A DNA stretch of 32,000 bases from Candidatus Electronema halotolerans (GCA_942493095.1 OW818675.1:960001-992000), one strand, 5' to 3'; counted from the stretch's first letter, positions 9,627 through 18,958 are shown. Program-made: numbers and translations. Notes: generated by a model not told the origin, from the sequence alone.

Positions 9627-11834
9627 ATGAATCCTGAGCAGCGCAAACGCAAGCAGCGGCTGACCCGATATGTCATCGCCCTCTGTCTCCTGCTCATTCC
9701 CCTGCTGATCTGGCTCCAGCGCCGGCTGCTTCAGGGCGATCTGAACCTGCCCGTGTCGAGCACGGTCCTGATCTTCGCCCTGATCAACATCAACGGCCTG
9801 CTTCTCCTGCTCATGCTCTACCTGATTCTCCGCAATCTGGTGGAGCTGATCTTTGAACGCCGCAACCGGATCATTGGCTCACGCCTGCGCACCAAATTGG
9901 CTGCCGCCTTTGTCTCCCTGTCGATCATTCCCACTGCCGTGCTCTTCTTTTTCGCCCTTGGTTCAGTCTCCACCTCCATGGACTACTGGTTCAACACCAA
10001 TGTTGAAGAATCGCTCGAATCCTCCTTGAAATTGGCCCAAGAGCTGTTTCAGGAGACCGAGAACCGGGCTGGCAACATGGGCAGGCAGATCGGCCTGCTC
10101 TTGGAAAATGTCGATATTCATTTAAGTGACAACAAGAGTCTTCAGCAGCTCTTCAACAGCACCTTGGCCTTGGTCCCGACTGGCGCGCCGGATGCCTTGG
10201 TTCTGATCGACAGCAGCCTGCACGTCCGGGCCGCAGCCAAAGGCGAACGGCTGGCGGCAGTGCCGCTGCCAGATATTCCCACTGAGGCCCTCCGCCACTC
10301 GGTCAGCAGCGGCGAGCCGGAGGTTATCACCCGGCAGGTGAGCGCGGGCGAACTGGTTCAAGCCATAATCCCGGTGCAGATGAAAGACCGGAGCCGGGCA
10401 TTTCTTATCACCAGTCTGCTCATACCAGCGGCCAAGCTGACCCTGATGCAGTCGGTCTCGCAGGGCATCACCGGCTACAAACAACTCATTCTCCTCAAAG
10501 CCCCGATCAAGCTGAGTCTGATCCTCATGCTCCTGATCATCACCCTGCTGATTGTGTTCGGGGCGATCTGGTTCGGTTTTTACATTGCCCGCTCCATGAC
10601 CAGCTCAATCAACAAGCTGGCTGAAGCCACCCAGCGGGTTGCCAGCGGCGAACTGAACTTCACCATTGAAAAAGATTCAGATGATGAAATGGGGCTGCTG
10701 GTCGATTCCTTCAACTCCATGACCTCGGACCTGTTGGCCAGCAACCGCGAGCTGGCCGAAGCGCATCAGGCCTTGCAGCAGTCCAATCTCGTCTCTGAGC
10801 AGCGGCGGCGTTATCTGGAAACCATTCTCAGAAACGTGGCTGCTGGAGTTATTGCTATCAATGAGCAGCATCATGCCACAATCATCAATCCTTTTGCGGA
10901 AAAGTTGCTCCGCTTGGATTGCAGCCAGTTTCTCCATCGCGATTTCCGCGAAGTGCTGCCGCTTTCTCATGCTGCGGTGCTGGAACAATTTTTCAGCGAC
11001 CTGCGCGAATCAGGGCAACGTTCGATTGAACGGCATCTGAGTCTGACGGTGCGCAAAGGCGAGACCTATTCGCTCTTGGTCAACATCACCCGCCTCTTGG
11101 ATGACCGGGAGCGGCCCATCGGCTATGTCATTGTCTTTGACAACCTGACCAAGCTGGAAAAGGCCCAGCGGCTGGCGGCCTGGCAGGAGGTGGCCCGCCG
11201 CATCGCCCATGAGATCAAGAACCCGCTCACCCCGATTCAGCTCTCTGCCCAGCGGCTGCGCAAACGCTACTTGGAACGTATTGGTGATGACCAAGATATT
11301 TTTGACAAATGCACAGCCACGATCATCAGTCAGGTGGATGAGATCAAACGCTTGGTGACTGAGTTTTCCGATTTTGCCCGGATGCCGCGCATTAAAAAAC
11401 AGACCGCAAATATCGCCGCCTTAGCTGCCGACACACTGCTACTCTACCGCGAGGCGCACAAGCATATCGACTTTCAGTTCAAGCAGGAGGAAATTTCGCC
11501 TTTTGCCTTTGATCCGGTGCAGATCAGGCGGGTGCTGATCAATCTTTTGGACAACGGGGTCAGCGTGCTGGGCCACGGCGGCCAGATCAAGGTCCTGCTC
11601 CATAGACATGAGGCGCAGAAAACAATCAGCATCACGGTTAGTGACAACGGTCCAGGCATCCCGGAGGAGGTCAAGCGGCGGCTTTTTGAACCCTATTTTT
11701 CCACCCGCAAATCTGGCACCGGCCTTGGCCTGGCCATTGCAAACACCATTGTCGCAGAACACAACGGCAGCATCCGGGTGCAGGACAATGTCCCTTCCGG
11801 CACCACAGTGACTGTGGTGCTGCCTTTCGCATGA
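9627..11834 (+). CDS. NtrY-like sensor histidine kinase
   Basis: 735 aa; N-terminal TM segments, HAMP, PAS, HisKA (WQEVARRIAHEIKNPLTPIQLSAQRL) and HATPase (DNGPGIPEEVKRRLFEPYFSTRKSGTGLGLAI). Confidence 0.92.
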   Translation: MNPEQRKRKQRLTRYVIALCLLLIPLLIWLQRRLLQGDLNLPVSSTVLIFALININGLLLLLMLYLILRNLVELIFERRNRIIGSRLRTKLAAAFVSLSIIPTAVLFFFALGSVSTSMDYWFNTNVEESLESSLKLAQELFQETENRAGNMGRQIGLLLENVDIHLSDNKSLQQLFNSTLALVPTGAPDALVLIDSSLHVRAAAKGERLAAVPLPDIPTEALRHSVSSGEPEVITRQVSAGELVQAIIPVQMKDRSRAFLITSLLIPAAKLTLMQSVSQGITGYKQLILLKAPIKLSLILMLLIITLLIVFGAIWFGFYIARSMTSSINKLAEATQRVASGELNFTIEKDSDDEMGLLVDSFNSMTSDLLASNRELAEAHQALQQSNLVSEQRRRYLETILRNVAAGVIAINEQHHATIINPFAEKLLRLDCSQFLHRDFREVLPLSHAAVLEQFFSDLRESGQRSIERHLSLTVRKGETYSLLVNITRLLDDRERPIGYVIVFDNLTKLEKAQRLAAWQEVARRIAHEIKNPLTPIQLSAQRLRKRYLERIGDDQDIFDKCTATIISQVDEIKRLVTEFSDFARMPRIKKQTANIAALAADTLLLYREAHKHIDFQFKQEEISPFAFDPVQIRRVLINLLDNGVSVLGHGGQIKVLLHRHEAQKTISITVSDNGPGIPEEVKRRLFEPYFSTRKSGTGLGLAIANTIVAEHNGSIRVQDNVPSGTTVTVVLPFA

Positions 11835-11844
11835 GAGAGCAGAA

Positions 11845-13218
11845 ATGTCACCAGCAACGATTTTAATTATTGATGATGAAAGCGCAATCTTAGAATCCTT
11901 GTCCGGGATTTTAGAGGATGAGGGCTTTCAATCCGTGACCGCCTCCTCAGCCGAAGAAGGGCTGTCCATGCTCGCTGATCAGGATATTCACTTGATATTG
12001 CTTGACATCTGGCTGCCAGGCATGGACGGCATTGAGGCTCTGAAGCAGCTGCGGCAGGACTGGAGCGAAGTGCCGGTGATTATGATTTCCGGGCACGGCA
12101 CGATTGAAACTGCTGTGCAGGCCACCCGGATCGGTGCCTTTGATTTTATTGAAAAGCCGCTCTCTTATGACAAGGTGATCCTCTCTGTCAGCCAAGGACT
12201 GCGCTTGGCCCGGCTGGAACGGGAGAACCGCCTGCTGCGCGAAGCCTCTGCCGGGCCGGGCCGGATCACCGGCAATTCCGCCGCAGTCCATCATCTGCGG
12301 CGGCAGATTGAGCGGGTCGCGCCCACAGACGCTTCAGTCCTGATTCTCGGCGGGCACGGCACAGGCAAGGAGCTGGCTGCGCAGGCCATTCATCAGCATT
12401 CCACTCGCGCTGCCCGGCCAATGGTGGCGATAAACTGTGCTGCCATCCCGGAAGAGCTGATTGAATCAGAGCTGTTTGGCTATGAGAAAGGGGCCTTCAC
12501 CGGCGCGGAACGGGTCAAGCCGGGCAAGTTTGATCAAGCGGACGGCTCCACGCTTTTTCTTGATGAAATCGGCGACATGAGTTTGAAAAGCCAAGCCAAG
12601 GTGCTGCGTATTTTGCAGGAGCGGCAGTTTGAGCGGGTGGGCGGCGGCAGGACGGTGGAGGTGGATGTGCGGATCATTGCCGCCACCAACAAGGACTTGG
12701 AAGAGGAAATCCGGCACGGCAATTTCCGGGCTGATCTCTTTTACCGGCTCAATGTGATTCCGCTCCGCATTCCTGATCTGAAGGAACGACTGGAGGACAT
12801 TCCCCTGCTGGCGGCAGATTTTCTCCGCCAGTTCAGCCGCAAGGGGCTGGGCGAAAAGCAGTTTGCCGACAGCGCCCTATCCATGCTCATGCGCCATACT
12901 TGGCCGGGCAATGTCCGGGAGCTGCGCAACATGGTGGAACGGCTGGTGATCATGACTCCGGGCCAGCTCATCACCGCTGAGGATGTGGTCTTATTTCTCC
13001 AGCCAAGCACGGCCCGCTCTCTGCCCTCTGTCTGTCTGCCTGCATGGAACCAGCTCGGCTTCAAAGAGGCGCGGCGGCAGTTTGAGCATGATTATCTCTG
13101 CAAGAAATTGGCCGAGAACAGCGGCAATGTCTCCAAGACTGCTGAAAAAATCGGCATGGAGCGTAGTCATCTCCACAAAAAGCTCAAGGCCTTGGGCATC
13201 AGGGCAACAGAGGACTGA
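11845..13218 (+). CDS. NtrX/NtrC-like sigma-54-dependent response regulator
   Basis: 457 aa; receiver domain (IIDDESAI...LLDIWLPGMDGIE), AAA+ ESELFGYEKGAFTGA, DEIGDMS, C-terminal Fis-type HTH. Confidence 0.93.
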   Translation: MSPATILIIDDESAILESLSGILEDEGFQSVTASSAEEGLSMLADQDIHLILLDIWLPGMDGIEALKQLRQDWSEVPVIMISGHGTIETAVQATRIGAFDFIEKPLSYDKVILSVSQGLRLARLERENRLLREASAGPGRITGNSAAVHHLRRQIERVAPTDASVLILGGHGTGKELAAQAIHQHSTRAARPMVAINCAAIPEELIESELFGYEKGAFTGAERVKPGKFDQADGSTLFLDEIGDMSLKSQAKVLRILQERQFERVGGGRTVEVDVRIIAATNKDLEEEIRHGNFRADLFYRLNVIPLRIPDLKERLEDIPLLAADFLRQFSRKGLGEKQFADSALSMLMRHTWPGNVRELRNMVERLVIMTPGQLITAEDVVLFLQPSTARSLPSVCLPAWNQLGFKEARRQFEHDYLCKKLAENSGNVSKTAEKIGMERSHLHKKLKALGIRATED

Positions 13219-13222
13219 ACGG

Positions 13223-14452
13223 TCATTGCCGCAGCAGGGTTCTGACCGCTTGCAGATGCCGCTCCACACTGCCGCGCTGCTGCTCCACCAATTGCCGGGC
13301 CGCAGCAGACATGGCCGCATGAAGCGCATCATCACTGAGAATGGCGGCCACCTGTTCGGCCAGCGACTCTGCCGAGACCACCTTTGCCCCGCCGCAGCTG
13401 CATAAATCACGGGCGATTTCAGCAAAATCCTCAGTATGCGGGCCAAAGAGCACCGGCACACCCTGAGCTGCCGCCTCAATCGGATTATGGCCGCCCGCAT
13501 CTGCCAGACTGCCGCCAATAAAGGCCAGCCGGGCCAAGCTGTAGCAGGCGGCCAGCTCGCCGATGGTGTCCAAAATCAGCACCCGGCTCTCTGGACTCCT
13601 TGTCCCGCTGCTGCGCAGGTCGGCGGCAAGGCCAAAGCTGCGGGCCAGCCGCACCAGCTCGCTGCCCCGGCTGATCTGACGCGGGGCAAGCAGCAATTGC
13701 AGGGGCGAATGGTCAGGGCAGCCACAGGGGTTCGCCCCTACGATATATTTGAAGGCGGCAAAAATCACTTCCTCCTCGCCCGGATGAGTGGAGCCGCAGA
13801 CCCATACGAGCTGCCCTTGTTCTGCGGCCAGATCAGGCGGCGCAGCCTGCTGCATGGGCAGATCGTATTTGAGATTGCCGAGAACCACCACTTTCTCTGC
13901 CGGGAGGCCGAGCGCAAGCATCTTGTCCCGCTCCTCCGCTGTCTGCATGGCCAGCAGATCAAAGCAGCGGAACATCGGCTTGAAAAAAAAGGCAAAGCGG
14001 CGGTAAGCTGCTAAAGATTTTGCCGAAATCCGGCCATTGACCAGCATGATCGGCACCTGCTGCCGCCGGAGCAGGGTCAGCCAGTTGGGCCAGAAATCGG
14101 TTTCGACAAGGATGAACAAGTCCGGCCTGATGGCAGACAGATAGCGGCGCACGGCAAAACGGCAGTCCAACGGACTGTACAGGACAAGGTCAGCATGCGG
14201 GCTGATCAGGTGTTCAGCCAAGGCCTTGCCGCTGCGGGTGCTGGCCGTGAAAACAATTCGCACCGAGCCGAACTGCCTGCGGATGCCTTTGACCAAAGGC
14301 AGGGCCGAACTGACCTCGCCCACCGACAGAGCGTGCAGCCAAATTGTCGGGCCTTGAGGGACTGAGCTGCGCTGGGCAGCAAATTGATGGCGTTTCAGGC
14401 CCAGCCGTTCTACAATTCGTCCCTGACAGCTGGATTTACGTAATACGTGCAT
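13223..14452 (-). CDS. waaA: 3-deoxy-D-manno-octulosonic acid (KDO) transferase
   Basis: GPTIWLHALSVGEVSSALPLVKGIRR, FWPNWLTLLRR, FIGGSLADAGGHNPIEAAAQGVPVLFGPHTEDF. ORF open to 14509; plausible ATG at 14452. Confidence 0.88.
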   Translation of the reverse strand: MHVLRKSSCQGRIVERLGLKRHQFAAQRSSVPQGPTIWLHALSVGEVSSALPLVKGIRRQFGSVRIVFTASTRSGKALAEHLISPHADLVLYSPLDCRFAVRRYLSAIRPDLFILVETDFWPNWLTLLRRQQVPIMLVNGRISAKSLAAYRRFAFFFKPMFRCFDLLAMQTAEERDKMLALGLPAEKVVVLGNLKYDLPMQQAAPPDLAAEQGQLVWVCGSTHPGEEEVIFAAFKYIVGANPCGCPDHSPLQLLLAPRQISRGSELVRLARSFGLAADLRSSGTRSPESRVLILDTIGELAACYSLARLAFIGGSLADAGGHNPIEAAAQGVPVLFGPHTEDFAEIARDLCSCGGAKVVSAESLAEQVAAILSDDALHAAMSAAARQLVEQQRGSVERHLQAVRTLLRQ

Positions 14453-15287
14453 ACAGGGCCAAGGCGCGCTGATAGACCTGTGAGCGCGGCAGGTCCAAGT
14501 CAGCGGCAATTTGGCGGGCCGCGTCTTTGAGCGAGCTGCCCTGTTCGCGGTGCCAAAGAATCAGTTCATCCAAATTGTCCGGCTTGCCGCTGTCAGGTGC
14601 TGTTTCATTGCCGCTGATGATCAAAACCAGCTCGCCCCGCGCCCGACCGCGCAGCTGCTCCAGCAGGGCAGACAGCGGTCCGGCCAAATGCTCCTCATGC
14701 AGCTTGGTCAGCTCCCGGAAGAGCTGGGCCTGCCGGTCGCCGAATATTTCCAAGCAGTCCTGCAAGGCGGCTTCAATCCGGTGCGGGGCCTCGTAAAAAA
14801 TCAGCGGACAGGGGAGCGTTTTGAGCACGGCAAATTGCTTGCGGCGTTCGCTCTTTTTTGCTGCCGGGAAGCCGCCAAAGTAAAAATCTGTGCCCGTCAG
14901 TCCGGCCACAGAGAGTGCGGCAGCCAAAGCAGACGGCCCGGCCACTGGCACAACAGCGATTCCAGCCGCCCGCGCCGCCTGCACCAGCACTGCGCCAGGG
15001 TCGGAAAGACCGGGAGTGCCCGCATCTGAGACCAAGGCCACATTCTCGCCTGCCAGCAGCCGGGCAACAAGGGCGGCAGCCTGCTCCTGCTCATTCTCGC
15101 GGCGGCAGCTGATCAGTTTTGCCCTGATGTTCAGGTGGGAAAGCAGCTTGCGGGTGCGGCGGGTGTCCTCACAGGCGATGAGGTCCGCCGCAGCCAGTGT
15201 TTCCCGCAGCCGCTGGCTGACATCACCGAGATTGCCGATTGGCGTGGCGACAATGTGCAGGAGGCCGCTTTGTTTCTCCGGGTTCAT
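14436..15287 (-). CDS. rsmI: 16S rRNA (cytidine(1402)-2'-O)-methyltransferase
   Basis: 283 aa; LHIVATPIGNLGDVSQRLRETLAAADLIACEDTRRTRKLL, VSDAGTPGLSDPG, FYEAPHRI, REL TKLHEE. Confidence 0.95.
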   Translation of the reverse strand: MNPEKQSGLLHIVATPIGNLGDVSQRLRETLAAADLIACEDTRRTRKLLSHLNIRAKLISCRRENEQEQAAALVARLLAGENVALVSDAGTPGLSDPGAVLVQAARAAGIAVVPVAGPSALAAALSVAGLTGTDFYFGGFPAAKKSERRKQFAVLKTLPCPLIFYEAPHRIEAALQDCLEIFGDRQAQLFRELTKLHEEHLAGPLSALLEQLRGRARGELVLIISGNETAPDSGKPDNLDELILWHREQGSSLKDAARQIAADLDLPRSQVYQRALALYARIT

Positions 15288-15340
15288 GAATGGGCACTGT
15301 ACGTGCGGCAGGCGGCGGTGTCAATCAAAATAAACGGTAA

Positions 15341-15447
15341 TGTCGAGAATGGTGCAGGAATCAACCCGCGAGGAAACATTGAAGAAAATTCGGGTCGGGA
15401 AATTGGCCTTGATCACGCCGGTGAGCACATCTATTGAAGGACGCTGC
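15341..15447 (-). pseudogene. ftsK-derived fragment
   Basis: 107 bp aligns without gaps to 21011..21117 inside ftsK with 9 mismatches (about 92% identity), same orientation. Confidence 0.9.
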
Positions 15448-15466
15448 CCAAGACGAGCAAACTTTA

Positions 15467-16021
15467 CTACGGTAAGGACGAATTAGAACTGGCGCATTTT
15501 CTGCGCTGTTTATCAAGCAAGATTTTTCTTGCCGCTCTCTTGGGCAGGCGGAGCAGGAAGACAATCGGTCGTTCAATAAGCGAGATGGACGGCGACAGTT
15601 TTCCCAGCAGGAGATTGACTGTCCGCCACGTTCGGCTTTCGTAATGCGTCGTCCTGCCGTTTCGGGTTACTTTGCTGATGATGCCGAGGAAATCAGCCGC
15701 AGAAACGGGCGGGTCGCAGCGGTATCTGCGGTCGCTCTTGGTCAGCAGATGTTGCTTTCCGTCAAGCTGGATGCAACGAAGAAAGCGATGTGCTTTCAAT
15801 CTGCCGTTGACATGATAGACCGCAACATCGCCACAGCGGAGCGTATCCGCCTGTATTGGTTTGATGAAAATCAAGTCGCCCTCGCGGAGCAGCGGTTTCA
15901 TGCAGTGACCGGTGAGCGTGATTTCCACCGGCTCGCCCTTTTGCAGCAGCAGGATGATGATCTTGTAATAATCATGCTTTTTGAAAAACTCCTCCTGAAA
16001 GGTGCTGCCGGAATCTGTCAT
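15467..16021 (-). CDS. S24/S26-type (signal peptidase I-like) peptidase of putative RiPP cluster
   Basis: 184 aa; [22 protein letters not shown]...[22 protein letters not shown] matches the SxMxP/GD box fold with Cys at the nucleophile position. Confidence 0.75.
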   Translation of the reverse strand: MTDSGSTFQEEFFKKHDYYKIIILLLQKGEPVEITLTGHCMKPLLREGDLIFIKPIQADTLRCGDVAVYHVNGRLKAHRFLRCIQLDGKQHLLTKSDRRYRCDPPVSAADFLGIISKVTRNGRTTHYESRTWRTVNLLLGKLSPSISLIERPIVFLLRLPKRAARKILLDKQRRKCASSNSSLP

Positions 16022-16854
16022 ACCGTTTCAATATGTTCCGTGAGCAGGCGGGCTGCTGCCGTCGCATCGTTGTGGATAAGCTGAAAAGCATTCGCCTTTT
16101 TCACTACTTCGGCCATCTGCTCAATGCTTGCAACGGATTTTGCCCTGCCGATCTGGGCATTCATCAGGCGCAGCAGGGCTGCTGATTTCTTCATCGGTGC
16201 AAGAGAAGGCGGTTTGTCCGGGTCGTAGCGGACAAAGAAGATGCTGTGCAGCGGCGCAGGTTTGCCGTGTATCGCCTTTGGCACGGCAATCTGATGATCC
16301 GCACCAAAGCTGCGCACCGGCCAGGATGGAGCAAGGCGGACAATACCGGTCTCTTTGCAGGACACGGTTTTGAGAAAGGGATGAACAATCTGTCCGGCAT
16401 CCAGCAGGCCGACTTCATCGGTAAGATAAGCCCAACCGTGGTTTGCGATCAATTCAAGAGTGAGGGTTGATTTACCGTGACCGCTTTCGCCGAGCAGCAG
16501 GATTGCGCTGTTGTTTCTGCTGACCGCACCGGCATGAAGGGTGATCAGCTCTTGTTTGTCAATCTGGTTAATGGCGTGGCCGGAGACGATATTCTCCAGT
16601 GCCTTGCTCAGGAGGGCAGAGGGAACGGCGTGCAGCTCGCGGCCCCAGTCAAAGGCGATTTTCCCTTGTTTCCAGATGGAAAAGCAGTCGGGCTGATCAG
16701 CACTCGGCAGAACGGTTATTTGTGCTGCTGTCTTATCCGGCGGAGCAGGGCTGAGAAACTCCTGCCACATGTAATCGCAGAACTGGTTAAGTTCTGCGAG
16801 CGGGGTTTCAAGGCGGATGAGGGTTTTGGTGATGGAGTAGAAGCTCTCAGGCAT
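16018..16854 (-). CDS. HPr kinase-like P-loop kinase of putative RiPP cluster
   Basis: 278 aa; LITLHAGAVSRNNSAILLLGESGHGKSTLTLELIANHGWAYLTDEVGLLD; overlaps both neighbours by 4-8 nt. Confidence 0.75.
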   Translation of the reverse strand: MPESFYSITKTLIRLETPLAELNQFCDYMWQEFLSPAPPDKTAAQITVLPSADQPDCFSIWKQGKIAFDWGRELHAVPSALLSKALENIVSGHAINQIDKQELITLHAGAVSRNNSAILLLGESGHGKSTLTLELIANHGWAYLTDEVGLLDAGQIVHPFLKTVSCKETGIVRLAPSWPVRSFGADHQIAVPKAIHGKPAPLHSIFFVRYDPDKPPSLAPMKKSAALLRLMNAQIGRAKSVASIEQMAEVVKKANAFQLIHNDATAAARLLTEHIETV

Positions 16855-18259
16855 GGCTTTCCGCCTGCACTTCCTCCACCAAGCCTAATTTCTGGAAGGC
16901 GGCAAGCTGGCCGTAGATGTCGTCTTTGATGGTGTCAAATTCCACTTCGCAGACGTTGGCAATCTCTTGGGCGATTTGTTGGGCGGTGCGGTGGCCGTTG
17001 ATGAGATCCCAGATGGCCATCCCCATTGAATTTAATGCGTACCTTTTATCGTGATTACATAACAACCCTTCTTCTTTTAAATCTATCGTTGTTATGTTTG
17101 GACATCTCGTCATTACAGTACGTTGAGCAGAAGGAAGATCATTTTTACCGCATCTGTTATCATAAGGTATGTTTTTCATTTGAAATTCATTTTTATTTTT
17201 GATCATATATCTCAGAACGGCAGTAATTATTGTTTTGTTAAACAAACATAAATAATTAGCAGACAAATCGTTATTATATTCGTGAATACAGACACCTCCG
17301 CACAAAAAAATATATTGGCACTCCGAGCAGTGATCCCTGTATATGTTTTGAATATTGATGTTTTCTATTTTTTCTTTATCTATCCCGTTACGGGTGTTGC
17401 CAATCAAATATTTTGAGTGACTGACAAAACGATGACAGGGAAAGAAGTCTCCGTTAAAAGATACTGTTATTTTGTTTCTTCCAATACCGCATCTCGTAGC
17501 TTTCTTTTGAGAAAGAAAAGTATTTATTATACGTTGAACGTTATATATCGTGCTGTTTAAATTCCCCTTTTCTTTATACGAAAGAATAATACTATCAACT
17601 ATATCTAACAGTTGCTGTTGACCAACAGCATTACTATCATTAGTGGTTACAGGTGTTACTATTCCAAATACTACCATTTCATTATTTTGCAAGATTCCTA
17701 TATCAGAGTAATTCCTTAAAATATCGTAAGGTAAATCAGTGTTTGCTGTCAAAGTAACTCTAATTTGATACTTCACGTTGTATTTTTGCAATATTTTTAT
17801 ATTATTAACTATTTTGCTAAAACTCACACCCCCCTTCTTGTATCTTCTTTGAAGATCATGTGTCTGTTTTTTTCCGTCTAACGTAACTTGAATATGAACT
17901 TTGTTATCGTGACAAAACTTAGCTATTTCATCATCTATTAAAGTTCCATTAGTTATTATTCTAAATGATAAGTCATTTTTATGATCTATTTTACTTATTA
18001 ATCTATTGATTGTATATCGAATTTTAGAAAACTCAATTAATGGTTCTCCGCCAAAAAATGATACTTTTACACATCCACGATGTTTCTTCTCATAAATATC
18101 AATGAAGTTGTCAATATCGTTTTTAGATAACGATTTTTTTCTATTCGTATACTTATCACCAGCTTTCAGATAGCAGTAAGTGCATTGAAGATTACAAGAA
18201 CCGGTTATATCTATCTCGACATCTGATACATCTTCCAACATGCACTTAATCTCCGCCAT
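16847..18259 (-). CDS. Radical SAM/SPASM peptide maturase with C-terminal PqqD-like domain
   Basis: CNLQCTYCYLKAG (CxxxCxxC), SFFGGEPL, SPASM region CGIGRNKITVSFNGDFFPCHRF...CSECQYIFLCGGVC..C, and PqqD-like ALNSMGMAIWDLINGHRTAQQIAQEIANVCEVEFDTIKDDIYGQLAAFQKLGLVEE. Alternative upstream start at 18313. Confidence 0.9.
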   Translation of the reverse strand: MAEIKCMLEDVSDVEIDITGSCNLQCTYCYLKAGDKYTNRKKSLSKNDIDNFIDIYEKKHRGCVKVSFFGGEPLIEFSKIRYTINRLISKIDHKNDLSFRIITNGTLIDDEIAKFCHDNKVHIQVTLDGKKQTHDLQRRYKKGGVSFSKIVNNIKILQKYNVKYQIRVTLTANTDLPYDILRNYSDIGILQNNEMVVFGIVTPVTTNDSNAVGQQQLLDIVDSIILSYKEKGNLNSTIYNVQRIINTFLSQKKATRCGIGRNKITVSFNGDFFPCHRFVSHSKYLIGNTRNGIDKEKIENINIQNIYRDHCSECQYIFLCGGVCIHEYNNDLSANYLCLFNKTIITAVLRYMIKNKNEFQMKNIPYDNRCGKNDLPSAQRTVMTRCPNITTIDLKEEGLLCNHDKRYALNSMGMAIWDLINGHRTAQQIAQEIANVCEVEFDTIKDDIYGQLAAFQKLGLVEEVQAESHA

Positions 18260-18422
18260 TATTACAGCAGCTTTGCCATGATGCCATATCGGAACACTCA
18301 GATACAGATTCACCGTTTAAATCTGTCAATTCGCATATATCTGGTTTAACATAATTCCCCTTTAAAACCTTCAACCTTCCCTCTTTAATCCCGTTTTTTC
18401 CTTTCTCATTCATATTTTCCAT
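18246..18422 (-). CDS. Candidate RiPP precursor peptide (58 aa)
   Basis: MENMNEKGKNGIKEGRLKVLKGNYVKPDICELTDLNGESVSECSDMASWQSCCNNGGD; AGGAGG Shine-Dalgarno 5 nt upstream of ATG; stop overlaps maturase ATG by 14 nt; YxxP leader-like motif and 4 Cys. Confidence 0.75.
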   Translation of the reverse strand: MENMNEKGKNGIKEGRLKVLKGNYVKPDICELTDLNGESVSECSDMASWQSCCNNGGD

Positions 18423-18453
18423 GATCTCCTCCTGTTCATTCATTTCGCCAGCC

Positions 18454-18483
18454 ATTATCGGCAATTAGATCCAACCCAATCAA
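18454..18483 (-). promoter_or_regulatory. Possible sigma-70-like promoter upstream of precursor peptide
   Basis: On the minus strand TTGATT-N18-GATAAT ending about 30 nt before the ATG; weak by-eye match. Confidence 0.3.
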
Positions 18484-18560
18484 CCTTCATCACCATGCCA
18501 ACGAAGAAAGGCTCAAATCATCATGCAGCCTCAATCCGTTTCAGTCCGCTCAGATCAACT

Positions 18561-18958
18561 CTAAAAAAATCGGAAGCCCGCCTGCTCGAAATGATGATCA
18601 AAGGTCAGCGCAGTGGTGATCTGCATTTCCCTCATCACCACAAACGACAGACAGTCAACCAAGCCCCACGTTTTATCCTGATATCTGTTAAACAGGTTCA
18701 CTGCCTGCTTGAACAGAACAGGATTCATATAAATCAGCGTCATTTCGTCAGCTTCCTGAAAGGCGCGAATAAGCTGGCTGCATTGACGGCGGCGATGCGT
18801 GACAAAGCATTGCCCGTTTCCAGCAGGACAGCATCGGTCGTCACCAAAGGATAACCAGCGCACTGTTCCGCCAAGCTCAAGGCCCGCTTATGATAATTGT
18901 CGTTCTCGTTGATTAGGGCGATGATATACCCTGTATCAACAAACAAAGGCTCAAGCAT
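18561..18958 (-). pseudogene. PIN-domain (VapC-like) toxin, frameshifted
   Basis: N-terminal part in ORF 18740..18958 (FVDTGYIIALINENDNYH...LLETGNALSRIAAVNA), C-terminal part in a different frame 18561..18863 (QLIRAFQEADEMTLIYMNP...WGLVDCLSFVVMREMQITTALTFDHHFEQAGFRF). Confidence 0.8.

Noticed and set aside
15361-15576. 71-aa minus-strand ORF between rsmI and the peptidase as a second precursor peptide
   Set aside because: It overlaps the peptidase 3' end out of frame, and its C-terminal part is the ftsK fragment read out of frame ([15 protein letters not shown]).
18246-18422. Selenocysteine-containing precursor (selenobiotic-type peptide)
   Set aside because: The stop is TAA and all core Cys are TGC/TGT codons; no in-frame TGA that could be recoded was seen.
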